A stretch of DNA of 64,000 nt from Candidatus Poribacteria bacterium. Its GTDB lineage: Bacteria; Poribacteria; WGA-4E; PCPOR2b. The notes beneath the pieces were generated by a model. It was given only the letters and a program-made list of their open reading frames with translations. It had not been told where the DNA came from and ran no database searches. A program made the position numbers and the translations under genes. The stretch lies in NCBI GenBank assembly GCA_965215015.1, contig OZ244042.1, forward strand, positions 4,736,001 through 4,800,000, in the 5' to 3' direction. Below, piece by piece: positions 1 through 9,122 of the stretch (the stretch's first letter is position 1; each line of letters begins with the position of its first letter).

Positions 1-309
<309 letters not shown>

Positions 310-425
310 TCATGTCAAGAAATTGTGCAACAGCAACCGAGTTTTTGACAAAAATTCGGTTGCTCTTTGCATTTTGCACTTTTTTTTAGCATGAGCCCCA
401 TTAAAATGAATGGGTAACAACCCTA

Positions 426-1229
426 CTATTGAGCCAACATCTGTTTAGCAACCTCAACCTCATCTTGAAACTGAGGCAAATCTGCCGCACGTTTTAGGAA
501 AAGATCCAGATAGCGCTTCATCGTAAGGCGATCACCCTGCTTTTCATACATCCGCGCGAGGTGGTAGTATACCTCCGTATCCTCCGGGTTAAACGACCGA
601 GACTTTTCGTATGCACGGATTGCCAGATCAATCTGCTCTGTCTCCTGATAGACGTGTGCGAGGTTATAATGTGCATCTGAATCGCTCTCATCTAACGCGA
701 TGGCTTGTTGATAATAGCGAATCGCTTCCTCAAACTGATCGCGCGCATGATAAGTAGCAGCCAGATTGAAATAGGCATCCTGAAAGGTCGGATCCGCCTC
801 AATTGCCTTGCGATAGGCTTCGATCGCCTCGCCAAACTGATCCGCGGTGTCATAAGCATAAGCCAGATTGTTGAGAAAGGCGGGATTATTGGGGGAAAGT
901 TCGGTCGCTTTCTCAAATGCCCGAATTGCTGGACTCGCTAGTTGCATGTCTACGTAGACTAAACCGAGCGCGTTGTGCACTTGTGCGTTCTCCTCATCAA
1001 TTGCCAATGCCTCTTGAAATTGCTCAATGGCTTTCTCGTACTCCCCCATTTCGTGATACACTTCGCCGAGTTCCAAATATCCCGTCGGATCTTCCGGCGT
1101 GAGTGCCATCCCCAACCTGAGTCGGGTCGCTTCACGACTTAGTTCCTCTTGTCGCTGCGGTTTCTTCTCGGCAGGCTGACAACTTAAAAAAAGGACGAAA
1201 ATTAGGAGAAAGACCGGAAGTGTTCTCAT
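426..1229 (-). CDS. TPR-repeat lipoprotein
   Basis: Hydrophobic signal peptide ending FLSC (lipobox-like), then about 6 tandem TPR motifs; start placed at ATG 1229. Confidence 0.85.
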   Translation of the reverse strand: MRTLPVFLLIFVLFLSCQPAEKKPQRQEELSREATRLRLGMALTPEDPTGYLELGEVYHEMGEYEKAIEQFQEALAIDEENAQVHNALGLVYVDMQLASPAIRAFEKATELSPNNPAFLNNLAYAYDTADQFGEAIEAYRKAIEADPTFQDAYFNLAATYHARDQFEEAIRYYQQAIALDESDSDAHYNLAHVYQETEQIDLAIRAYEKSRSFNPEDTEVYYHLARMYEKQGDRLTMKRYLDLFLKRAADLPQFQDEVEVAKQMLAQ

Positions 1230-1262
1230 CGGTAGACCTCGAATCAATAAGCATTAGAAATA

Positions 1263-1290
1263 ATTATAACAGACCTACCCAAAGTGTCAA
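1263..1290 (-). promoter_or_regulatory. sigma-70 promoter of the TPR lipoprotein gene
   Basis: Minus strand TTGACA-16 nt-TATAAT with TG extension. Confidence 0.65.
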
Positions 1291-1360
1291 CGACTTTCTG
1301 CAAGGAGAAATTTCTTTGAGATTTAACCCGCGTTATGTTACTATTATAACCCAAGTTTCT

Positions 1361-1634
1361 AGCTCTGTTCACATTTCATCGTAACTAAATAATTGCGGCA
1401 ACGAAACTCAGCCCCCCATATACCGAACCGCTAACTTATTAAAACGAGAAGAGATAGGCCGATACCGCTTGATTTTGTTAATGAAACATTCGACTAAATG
1501 CCTCTCTATACAGATGCACATCATAAGGGCGTGAATCCTGCCGGTTCGCATGTGGGGGTATCATCGGCACCGCATCCCTGATTGTGTACTGTGTCTCGCG
1601 TTCGCACACACCTCACGCAAATGTCAACAGAACC
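1361..1634. mobile_element. putative MITE / IS remnant
   Basis: Imperfect 16-bp terminal inverted repeats AGCTCTGTTCACATTT and AAATGTCAACAGAACC (13/16 match); non-coding interior. Confidence 0.45.
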
Positions 1635-1888
1635 TAGATAACCCGTAGGCCGAGTTTCCATATTCAACAACTCATGGAAATAACCGATATAATCCAATTG
1701 TAGCACAAGTTTTCCAACCTGTGATCGTCCCGCAGAGCCTGCCCTCGATTATATCAGGGTTAGGAAACCTACGTCACTATCTATTGCTTTGAATACCAAT
1801 TTTATCGGGGAGGAGTCCCATGTATAGGGTCCATCAATTCAATCAACTAATGAACAAATGAAAGCAGGGTTAGGGGAGAGAGAAACGA

Positions 1889-2698
1889 ATGAAAAAACAA
1901 CTGTATCTCATTGGCGGCATTGCGGGGGTTATCTTGCTCATTCTCGCTACCGTTATGAGCTACTACATATTCAGATTTAAGCATAATTTTGAAGAAGAAC
2001 AGGAAAGTCGGATTACTTACGAAAAAAAGTCCGAACAACTACAGCGTAAACTGAGCACAACCCAAGCGGAACTCGAAGCAAAGAAAAACAAAATCAACCT
2101 CTTGGAGGACACAATTGACGAGGTGCAAGAACGCGCGACCAATTTGACCGAAGCTAAAGCAAAGGCGGAAGCAGAAGCGATGGAGCTTCTCTCAGAAAAG
2201 CAACGCAGACAAGAGGAATTAAAACGGAAAGAAGCGGAATTTCGGGATCTCCGATCGGAGCTCCAAAAGGAAATTGAAGCGAAAGAAATTACCATCACGA
2301 CACTCAAAGGACAACTGACAGTCAACCTGATGGATAAAATTCTGTTCGCCTCCGGAAAAGCCGAGATTAAAGATGATGGCAAACGTATCTTGGACAAAAT
2401 CGCGAAGGCGTTCTTAAATCGCTATCCAGATCGAGAAATCCGGGTCGAAGGCCATACAGACAATGTCCCCTTCAGAGGTTCAGTCTTGAACAATTGGGAC
2501 CTATCCACACAACGGGCGATCTCCGCTGTTCGTTATCTACAAACGCGTGCGGGTGTGGATCCTGCACGTTTGGCAGCGGTCGGTTATGCCTACTACCGTC
2601 CAATCGATACAAACAAAACTCCCAAAGGCAGAGCGAGAAATCGCCGAATCGAAATCATTGTGATGCCCCCAAAACAGGCAGAAGCACAGGAATTTTAA
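1889..2698 (+). CDS. OmpA/MotB-family peptidoglycan-binding membrane protein with coiled-coil stalk
   Basis: N-terminal TM helix, coiled coil, and C-terminal motifs EGHTDNVP, NWDLSTQRA and GRARNRRIEI. Confidence 0.9.
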   Translation: MKKQLYLIGGIAGVILLILATVMSYYIFRFKHNFEEEQESRITYEKKSEQLQRKLSTTQAELEAKKNKINLLEDTIDEVQERATNLTEAKAKAEAEAMELLSEKQRRQEELKRKEAEFRDLRSELQKEIEAKEITITTLKGQLTVNLMDKILFASGKAEIKDDGKRILDKIAKAFLNRYPDREIRVEGHTDNVPFRGSVLNNWDLSTQRAISAVRYLQTRAGVDPARLAAVGYAYYRPIDTNKTPKGRARNRRIEIIVMPPKQAEAQEF

Positions 2699-2793
2699 TC
2701 CTGTTGTCCCACAGCTTTACTGATTATACACAATTTGGAATTGACAAATATCTGCTGACTTGTCAACCCAACCCTAAAAAGGAGTTTCTACCC

Positions 2794-3588
2794 ATGTCAA
2801 CGAAGGTAACCGTTAAATTTGGATATCAAAAACATACCCAGTTTATGGAGGAGGGGTACGTGAGACTCGGACACCTCCTGTCAAATAAAGAGTTAGCTGC
2901 GTTGCAGCAACGGATTGATGACATCATGCTGGGGGTTGTGCCCTACGAGAATATGCGGTTCCAACTCGATAGCACCACCGGCGTCTATCGCGAAGCACCT
3001 CCGGAGAGTGTAGGACACAAGGGCGCAACACTCCAATATCGGAAGATTATGGACCTTGAGCAAGATCCCTTGTTTCTCTCCTACATGCAGCATCCACTTC
3101 TGCGCGACATCACGCGGCACTACATCGGCGAGGATGTCTCAATCTACCGGGCGATGTTCATGAATAAGCCTGCCAATCAAGGCACAGTGCTGCCATGGCA
3201 CCAAGATGTTGGAGTCGGTTGGGGGCTGGATCGCAACCCAATCGTTACAGTCTGGATGGCTTTAGACGCTGCAACAGTAGACAACGGTTGTATGCAAATC
3301 GTGCCCGGTATCCACAAACACGGTGTAATAAATGAGGGACATTTTGCCACGGAAGCGGATGCCAAAAAATATCAGTTGGAAGAGAATGCCATTCAGTTGG
3401 AAGTAGAAGAGGGGGAAGTCGTCCTATTGAATAACCTTCTATTACATCGTTCCGGGGTGAATCCAACAGGAAAACGGCGACGCGCCTTCAGTGCTGCCTA
3501 TATGGATGCAGAGACGAAACACGTGAAAACGGGCGAGACGTTTCCGGTGATTTTCGGCAAAAATGCGCTGAAGCCTGCCGAATGTTGA
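2794..3588 (+). CDS. phytanoyl-CoA dioxygenase (PhyH) family protein
   Basis: PWHQD motif, VWMALD, NGCMQIVPG and HRSGVN; start reassigned to ATG 2794 after the AAGGAG RBS. Confidence 0.88.
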   Translation: MSTKVTVKFGYQKHTQFMEEGYVRLGHLLSNKELAALQQRIDDIMLGVVPYENMRFQLDSTTGVYREAPPESVGHKGATLQYRKIMDLEQDPLFLSYMQHPLLRDITRHYIGEDVSIYRAMFMNKPANQGTVLPWHQDVGVGWGLDRNPIVTVWMALDAATVDNGCMQIVPGIHKHGVINEGHFATEADAKKYQLEENAIQLEVEEGEVVLLNNLLLHRSGVNPTGKRRRAFSAAYMDAETKHVKTGETFPVIFGKNALKPAEC

Positions 3589-3613
3589 CCTAAGCCACCA
3601 AAGGAGAACGACC

Positions 3614-4954
3614 ATGCCAACAGCGGCACTCATCACCTTGGGATGTAAGGTGAATCAATACGACACACAAGCGATGCAGGAAGTGATGCTTCGTAACGGA
3701 TACACCATTGTGGGAGAGAACGACCCCGTGGACGTTTGCATCATCAACACCTGCACCGTGACCAATGCCGCAGATCAAAAAGCCCGTCAAGTCATCCGGC
3801 GAGTAGTTCGGAAAAATCCCGATACCGAAGTCCTTGTCACGGGTTGTTACGCTGAAAGTGATCGGGAGGCAATCGAGAGTATTCCGGGTGTTTCGCTCGT
3901 TTTCGGGAATCGCGAAAAGGCTGGCCTTCAGAAGTATCTGGATCTGGTTCACAAATCATGGAAAGAAAAGGATTACTCACCCCTGTTGCAGATTGAACCA
4001 GTCCATCACGACGCCGTCCGCGAACACGCGAATTTCAGCATGTCGGTAAGTGAAGCGGGCAAACATACACGCGCACTCATCAAGGTGCAAGACGGGTGCA
4101 GTGCCTTTTGTACCTACTGCATTATCCCCTATGTCCGGGGGCGCATGACGAGTCGTCCTCTGCTTGACATCGTGCAAGAAGCAGAACAGATCGCCGCAAA
4201 CGGATACAAGGAAATTGTTATAACCGGCGTCCATTTAGGGGCTTACGGGCTAGATATAGGCCGCCAGACAAACATTGCGGACATTTTGGAGCATATCCAC
4301 CCCATTGATGGAATTGAGCGCATCCGCTTTAGCTCCATCGAAGCGATGAATTTCCCACCAGATTTGGTCGATCGGATGGCAGCGTTACCCAAGTGTATGC
4401 CCCACTTCCACCTGCCGCTACAGGCTGGCAGCGATAAAATCTTGCGCCAAATGCGGCGCCGCTATACAAGAGCAGAATTTTCGCGTCTCGTCGAAAAACT
4501 CCGCGCCTCGTTTTCAGATGTCGGGATTACCACCGATGTTATGGTTGGCTTTCCGGGCGAGACCGACGCCGATTTTGAGGCCTCGCTTCGGTTTGTCGAA
4601 GATATCGGTTTCAGTCAGCTGCACGTTTTCCGCTACTCTCCCCGTCGCGGCACTCCCGCAGCAGACTACCCGAATCACGTGCCCCCGCACGTCTCCGCTG
4701 AACGCAGTAAGGCGATGATTGCGTTGGGAAAACAACTCGGCGTTGAATTTCGGAAACGTATGTTAGGCAAGACGATGCATGTATTGGTTGAGGAAAACCG
4801 TGAAGGAACGGTTGGACCTCTAGCGGGGTTCACAGAGAATTATTTACGGGTGCTGATGAATCTCCCCAACTCAGTGGTGAACCGGATTTTGCCGGTGAAG
4901 TTGACAACGTTGGAAGGTGAGTTTATCCGGGCAGAAGCAGCCAACGGCTTCTAG
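3614..4954 (+). CDS. mtaB: tRNA t6A37 methylthiotransferase MtaB (radical SAM)
   Basis: TLGCKVNQYD, INTCTVT, CxxxCxxC (GCSAFCTYC), VGFPGET and C-terminal GFTENY. Confidence 0.9.
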   Translation: MPTAALITLGCKVNQYDTQAMQEVMLRNGYTIVGENDPVDVCIINTCTVTNAADQKARQVIRRVVRKNPDTEVLVTGCYAESDREAIESIPGVSLVFGNREKAGLQKYLDLVHKSWKEKDYSPLLQIEPVHHDAVREHANFSMSVSEAGKHTRALIKVQDGCSAFCTYCIIPYVRGRMTSRPLLDIVQEAEQIAANGYKEIVITGVHLGAYGLDIGRQTNIADILEHIHPIDGIERIRFSSIEAMNFPPDLVDRMAALPKCMPHFHLPLQAGSDKILRQMRRRYTRAEFSRLVEKLRASFSDVGITTDVMVGFPGETDADFEASLRFVEDIGFSQLHVFRYSPRRGTPAADYPNHVPPHVSAERSKAMIALGKQLGVEFRKRMLGKTMHVLVEENREGTVGPLAGFTENYLRVLMNLPNSVVNRILPVKLTTLEGEFIRAEAANGF

Positions 4955-5694
4955 ACCAATATAGATTGAAGCGGGAAACAACTGCCGCATTGTTCAATAT
5001 CATCTGCGGGGATGTGTGCAAGCATCGCTCGCATCATCTCATCGGTGGGCTTCTGGTTGTTATCGCGCGGTGCGGTTTGTGGTGGGGGGGTTGGTCTTTG
5101 AACAGGGGGCTTAAAGAGGGGTTCCCAATGGCGGGGCGTGGCATCCTTCAAAATAGCGTGGGGGTCGGGGGAGATGAAACACAGGCAATTGATGTTCTTC
5201 GGGTTTCCGTCAATCTCGCCGAAACCCTTATCAATGCAGTAAGACTTGACGGCTTCAAATGCTGCGGCGTGGTCCTCAACGGTCGCTACTGGTGAGACCT
5301 TTATCAATGCTTTTACTTTGGCGCGCGGCGATCGAAAGACAAGTCGGGCGTGCGGGTCAATGCACAAGTCATCAAAGAGTTTGTCGAAGTCTGTGGATTC
5401 ATCAAAATCGGCTTGAATCAGATTCGTGTGCACAAAATCACCCGTGCGTTTGCCAGTGGGTAACCGATGGCGTAAAAGCGGGTAACGCCGTCTTTGCTTT
5501 CGCTTGTGCCTCTCCAGTCAGCGCACGGACCTGGTCAATCTTGAGTTTCCAAGTGGGGTCGGCGGTCAGTTTACGATGCAACTGCTGGATGTTGCCAGTG
5601 TGGTTGCTTTCTTTCGATTGATCCCCACGCTGAAAGAACGAAAATCGCTCTAAATCGGGAAATTCCCCATCGGTTGATAGATTTGCGCTTTCAT
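4951..5694 (-). pseudogene. decayed VirE-N/BT4734-like primase gene with the start of a PriCT-2-like domain
   Basis: RBS AAAGGAG plus ATG 5694; fragments in different frames read KAKTALPAFTPS, HTNLIQADFD, LVFRSP, LCFISPDP and MLAHIPADD; at least one clear frameshift (~5458), probably another near 5655; 3' truncated. Confidence 0.62.
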
Positions 5695-5843
5695 TTGCCT
5701 CTCCTTTCAAGTGCAGTTTCTACACGAGTAAGGGCAGTTTTTTTCACACCTTGGGGGCGGGTGTGGCGGTGTCCGTCATCCACGGATTTTCTTTATCAAG
5801 TCTATCGAGTTCGGAATCACTGAGAGGATTTATCACATTCATG

Positions 5844-5885
5844 TTGTCTGAATCAGGATTCTCAGGATTTGGAGATTTTCAGGAT
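5844..5885 (+). repeat. TTGTCTGAATCAGG-type dispersed repeat
   Basis: Related copy on the minus strand at 21523-21564; the same TTGTCTGAATC start occurs inside both MITE copies. Confidence 0.55.
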
Positions 5886-6830
5886 CTACCACATTCCGAC
5901 CTGTTAGCCTACAAGATCCTAACAATCCCCTAACAGAGGCCCTTCAAGCCGCCTATCAGACGCGCTAACAGGCGGAGAATGTTGACAAATCCCAGTTGTG
6001 GCGACTCCTTTTCGCTGTCTAACCAGTATTTGCCTTTGGCTTGGTCCTTCGAGCTTGTTACACTCAGGTTTTTACCGGAGTGTATAAAGCTCCTTCGTGT
6101 TATAATGTATGTAGATAAATTTGCACATGGTTAGAAGTAGATTTACCCGTATTCCAAGCCATCTTATCAAGCCGCTTTTTGATCTAATGTGTAGCATCCC
6201 CGCTCTGTTATTCTTGCCCAACGCGCCATGATTTTTGCCCTCCATATTGATACTAAAACACCAAGATTTACATCACTCATGGTTCAATCCGTCTGTTAGG
6301 CCTCTGTTAGGTGAAACCTAACAGACAGCTAACAGGCTTTGAATGATATAAATCCTCCCGGATCAAAGGGAAATTATAACCCGTGTTTCAAGCCCTGAAA
6401 ATTCCTTTTGCAGCAAGCCGAACCCCTTGCTATGCTTGAATCCGTGACCAATTCGCATATGCAACCGAAGAGAAGTTTCAACTCTGCTGAAACGCCCCTT
6501 GGGGATATTATGATTATTATACCACGCAACCATAGCAGACAGACGCAATTCACGAATGGGATTGTTACCCGACTTGTCAGGCTGCCTGTTAGGTGTAGTT
6601 GTTAGGTGAAACCTAACAGCCATGTTAGCGGCACGCTAACAATCCCTCACCTAACAGTCCAAAAAAAGGGGGTATCCAAGGCAGATTGTGAGCCATACGG
6701 CTGACAAAGCCAAGGATACCCCCAGTTTCATTAGAGATCTTCAACATTCTCCGCCTGTTAGCGATTCGCTAACAAGCGGTTAAAAACCGTCTGTTAGGGC
6801 GAGCCCTAACAAGGCGGAATGTGATAGATC
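5883..6830. mobile_element. 948-bp non-coding foldback-like element with multiple TGTTAG/CTAACA hairpins
   Basis: Terminal IR 5883-5907/6806-6830 (22/25 match), perfect 23-bp IR 5963-5985/6741-6763, and 18 exact hexamer copies. The structure is directly visible; mobility is inferred. Confidence 0.6.
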
Positions 6831-6857
6831 TTTTTATCTTTTTATTGGGATTGATTG

Positions 6858-8000
6858 TTATGGGGAACCATCAGGCGGTTGATCATCGCGACGCGTATGA
6901 CCTCTTGGCGCATCACGGGAAGGTGCCCCCCGACGCTCCTGCTCAAGACGCTCCTGCTCAAATCGACGAGCAGCCTCAGGGTCAGACTCTCGCAGATGGC
7001 GCAGCTCCTCCTCTGCGCCGAATTGTTTTATCAACTGTTGCGCCTTATCAAAACGTTCCGGTGATAACGGTTCACCGGGGGCCGAGTCGCTTTCGTCTGT
7101 AAAGTTCCCGTCGTTTTCCAGCGTATCCTCCGCGGTTTTCGACACCGGTAAAGTTGCCTCTGTTGAAAACACTTTGGGCGGGGACAATTCTTTGAGGTTT
7201 TCATCGAGTAAAGAGCTATCAATCCCATCTGGGACGCTAGCATCAGAGGGACTTGGCATAAACCACGACGCTTTTTCCCTTTGTTGCCCTCTCTTTACCC
7301 CCCGGCTTTCATCATAGGCACGGAGCTTCTCTTGCAACTCAGCCATCGTTTTGTCGACGGCATCGGCACCTCGCTTTCTCCTTTGCCATTCAGGATCGTT
7401 TTCTCTTTCTCTTTGTGCTGCTTCTATATCCTTCTGCAGTTTTTCAAACGCTTCGACTCCAAACGGGTCCGGCACCTCATCAAGAAACCGCCTGTAACTG
7501 TTAATCATATTCTCGATAAATTGATACTCCTCACTTTCTCTTTTGAAAGGAAGCCTCTGGTCAGCATACAAAATCATTAAATCAATCATGAAATCGTGGG
7601 CGGGGTCGAACTGATTGATAATTCGCCATCCCAACTCGCTCTTTTCGTCCCCTTCAGCAGCATCATATTGCTTTTCCAACACTTCGGGCGAATACTCGTC
7701 ATATTGGACAAACGGGTGGTTGAAAAGCCAATCCTCAAAGGCGTTGATGTTTTCAACTAACTCAGGCGAGCGCCTCGAGGGATTATCCGCTCCGATATAG
7801 GAATCCTGAGAGAGGACCTGAGTGAGTTGTTCAACGCCGAGTAGTCCTTTTGATCCCCGGCCCCCTAAGTCCCCTAAAGCAGGAACGTCCCAGCGGGAAT
7901 AATACCACTGGGACGTAATATAGCAAAAAAAGATAAACGCAACACTTGCAAAAGCACAGATAAAAACGAATTTTGGCAAGTGGAATACAGGCCGTTTCAT
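6858..8000 (-). CDS. hypothetical membrane-anchored/exported protein
   Basis: N-terminal TM segment, acidic low-complexity linker, helical C-terminal motif SPERFDKAQQLIKQFGAEEELRHLRESDPE; start at ATG 8000 with RBS. Confidence 0.75.
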   Translation of the reverse strand: MKRPVFHLPKFVFICAFASVAFIFFCYITSQWYYSRWDVPALGDLGGRGSKGLLGVEQLTQVLSQDSYIGADNPSRRSPELVENINAFEDWLFNHPFVQYDEYSPEVLEKQYDAAEGDEKSELGWRIINQFDPAHDFMIDLMILYADQRLPFKRESEEYQFIENMINSYRRFLDEVPDPFGVEAFEKLQKDIEAAQRERENDPEWQRRKRGADAVDKTMAELQEKLRAYDESRGVKRGQQREKASWFMPSPSDASVPDGIDSSLLDENLKELSPPKVFSTEATLPVSKTAEDTLENDGNFTDESDSAPGEPLSPERFDKAQQLIKQFGAEEELRHLRESDPEAARRFEQERLEQERRGAPSRDAPRGHTRRDDQPPDGSP

Positions 8001-8065
8001 TAGTTCTCCCCTTCTGCTTCCCGTAACTGTCGTTGCAGATCCGCTATCCATTGATCCGCCTCATC

Positions 8066-8968
8066 TCAAACCTGTGAGGCGAATTCATCGAGCATCTGAC
8101 GGATATTGCGCGCATCACCAACAATGAACAGGGGAGCTAAGGCACCCCGGCCGTGTAGGGCTTGAAGTAGGCGATCAATCTGAATCATGCGGGCTTTTGG
8201 GGTGCGGCACTTGGGCCACCATTCAACGAATTCACGCGCGGGTTTCGGGTTACCGGTTCTCAGGGGTCTGGCACCCCGCCGCCATGCCTGCCACCTGAAG
8301 GTATGTCCACAACTCGTACACTCCAGTCTTTCATCTCGCTTTTTCAGGCTTTTGCGATAATCCCGCCAGCGGCGTGTGTAGCCGCACTCGGTGCACTGGA
8401 TATTACCACGTACATGAAGCGCGACCGCTTGGCATTTAGGGCATTCTATTTCAGGGTGAGGCCGGCGATGTCTGGCAACTTGCTTGGGTGCCTCGACAGC
8501 CGGTTTGCGTATTATTAGACAGCAGTAGGGACAAGGCAGACGGACACGGGTTTTCACCGACCGATGGTAGGCTTTCTGATCCCATATTTTACCACAACGG
8601 CACCGCAACTCCTCTGTTCCAGCCAGCAGGGCATGACAAGCAAAACAACGCGGGTTTTCACGAAGGGATTCACGACAGTCGCGCCAGAGCAATCGTTTGG
8701 CACAGTGCGGACAGTGAAACCAGCGTTCGCGGGTGCCACCGTCGCTATCGCGAAATAGTAGGTCAATTCGGCACTTTACCTTTGTGCTGCATTGAGGGCA
8801 GGGCACTAATCCATCTCGGTAAACATCAGCGACCACCGCAATGTCGGCACAACGACCGTAGAGCTCCCAACCGACAATCTGTAGCAGATCATCATCGTGG
8901 AGCCCCAATCGAGCGGCGCGGTAGAGACGGCGGATTTTGCTAGGCTTTACCCGGGGGGACCACTTCAT
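8066..8968 (-). CDS. hypothetical Arg/Lys-rich multi-zinc-ribbon protein
   Basis: About 300 aa from MKWSPRV; eight Cys knuckles (CPQC, CPHC, CFAC, CRC, CPYC, CPKC, CTEC, CTSC). Confidence 0.75.
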   Translation of the reverse strand: MKWSPRVKPSKIRRLYRAARLGLHDDDLLQIVGWELYGRCADIAVVADVYRDGLVPCPQCSTKVKCRIDLLFRDSDGGTRERWFHCPHCAKRLLWRDCRESLRENPRCFACHALLAGTEELRCRCGKIWDQKAYHRSVKTRVRLPCPYCCLIIRKPAVEAPKQVARHRRPHPEIECPKCQAVALHVRGNIQCTECGYTRRWRDYRKSLKKRDERLECTSCGHTFRWQAWRRGARPLRTGNPKPAREFVEWWPKCRTPKARMIQIDRLLQALHGRGALAPLFIVGDARNIRQMLDEFASQV

Positions 8969-9122
8969 GATTCTTCTAGTTATGGTATCAAATATTAGTT
9001 GCCAGCAAAGACAGGAGTAAACAGGGTAAATCTCCTGCAAAAAGCAGTAACATAATGCGTAACGCAAGGAAAAACTGCAAATTCTTTTTACCTTACGCTT
9101 CACACATTAGCTCATTTCTATA

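Noticed and set aside
2494-2793. N-terminal extensions from the ORF track (PhyH 2494, zinc-ribbon 9103, Gfo/Idh 50645, prfB 38077)
   Set aside because: They overlap neighbouring genes or lack an RBS; alternative starts fit better.
5438-5440. TGA as a selenocysteine codon in the primase fragment (also checked for ureB and prfB)
   Set aside because: In each case the downstream homology continues in a different frame, so these are frameshifts rather than UGA readthrough.
5883-6830. CRISPR array, integron attC array or retron as the identity of the repeat element
   Set aside because: There are no equal-length direct repeats with regular spacers and no cas genes. GTTAG cores resemble attC, but the hairpins have the opposite arm order and there are no cassette ORFs or intI. 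No reverse transcriptase is in the window.
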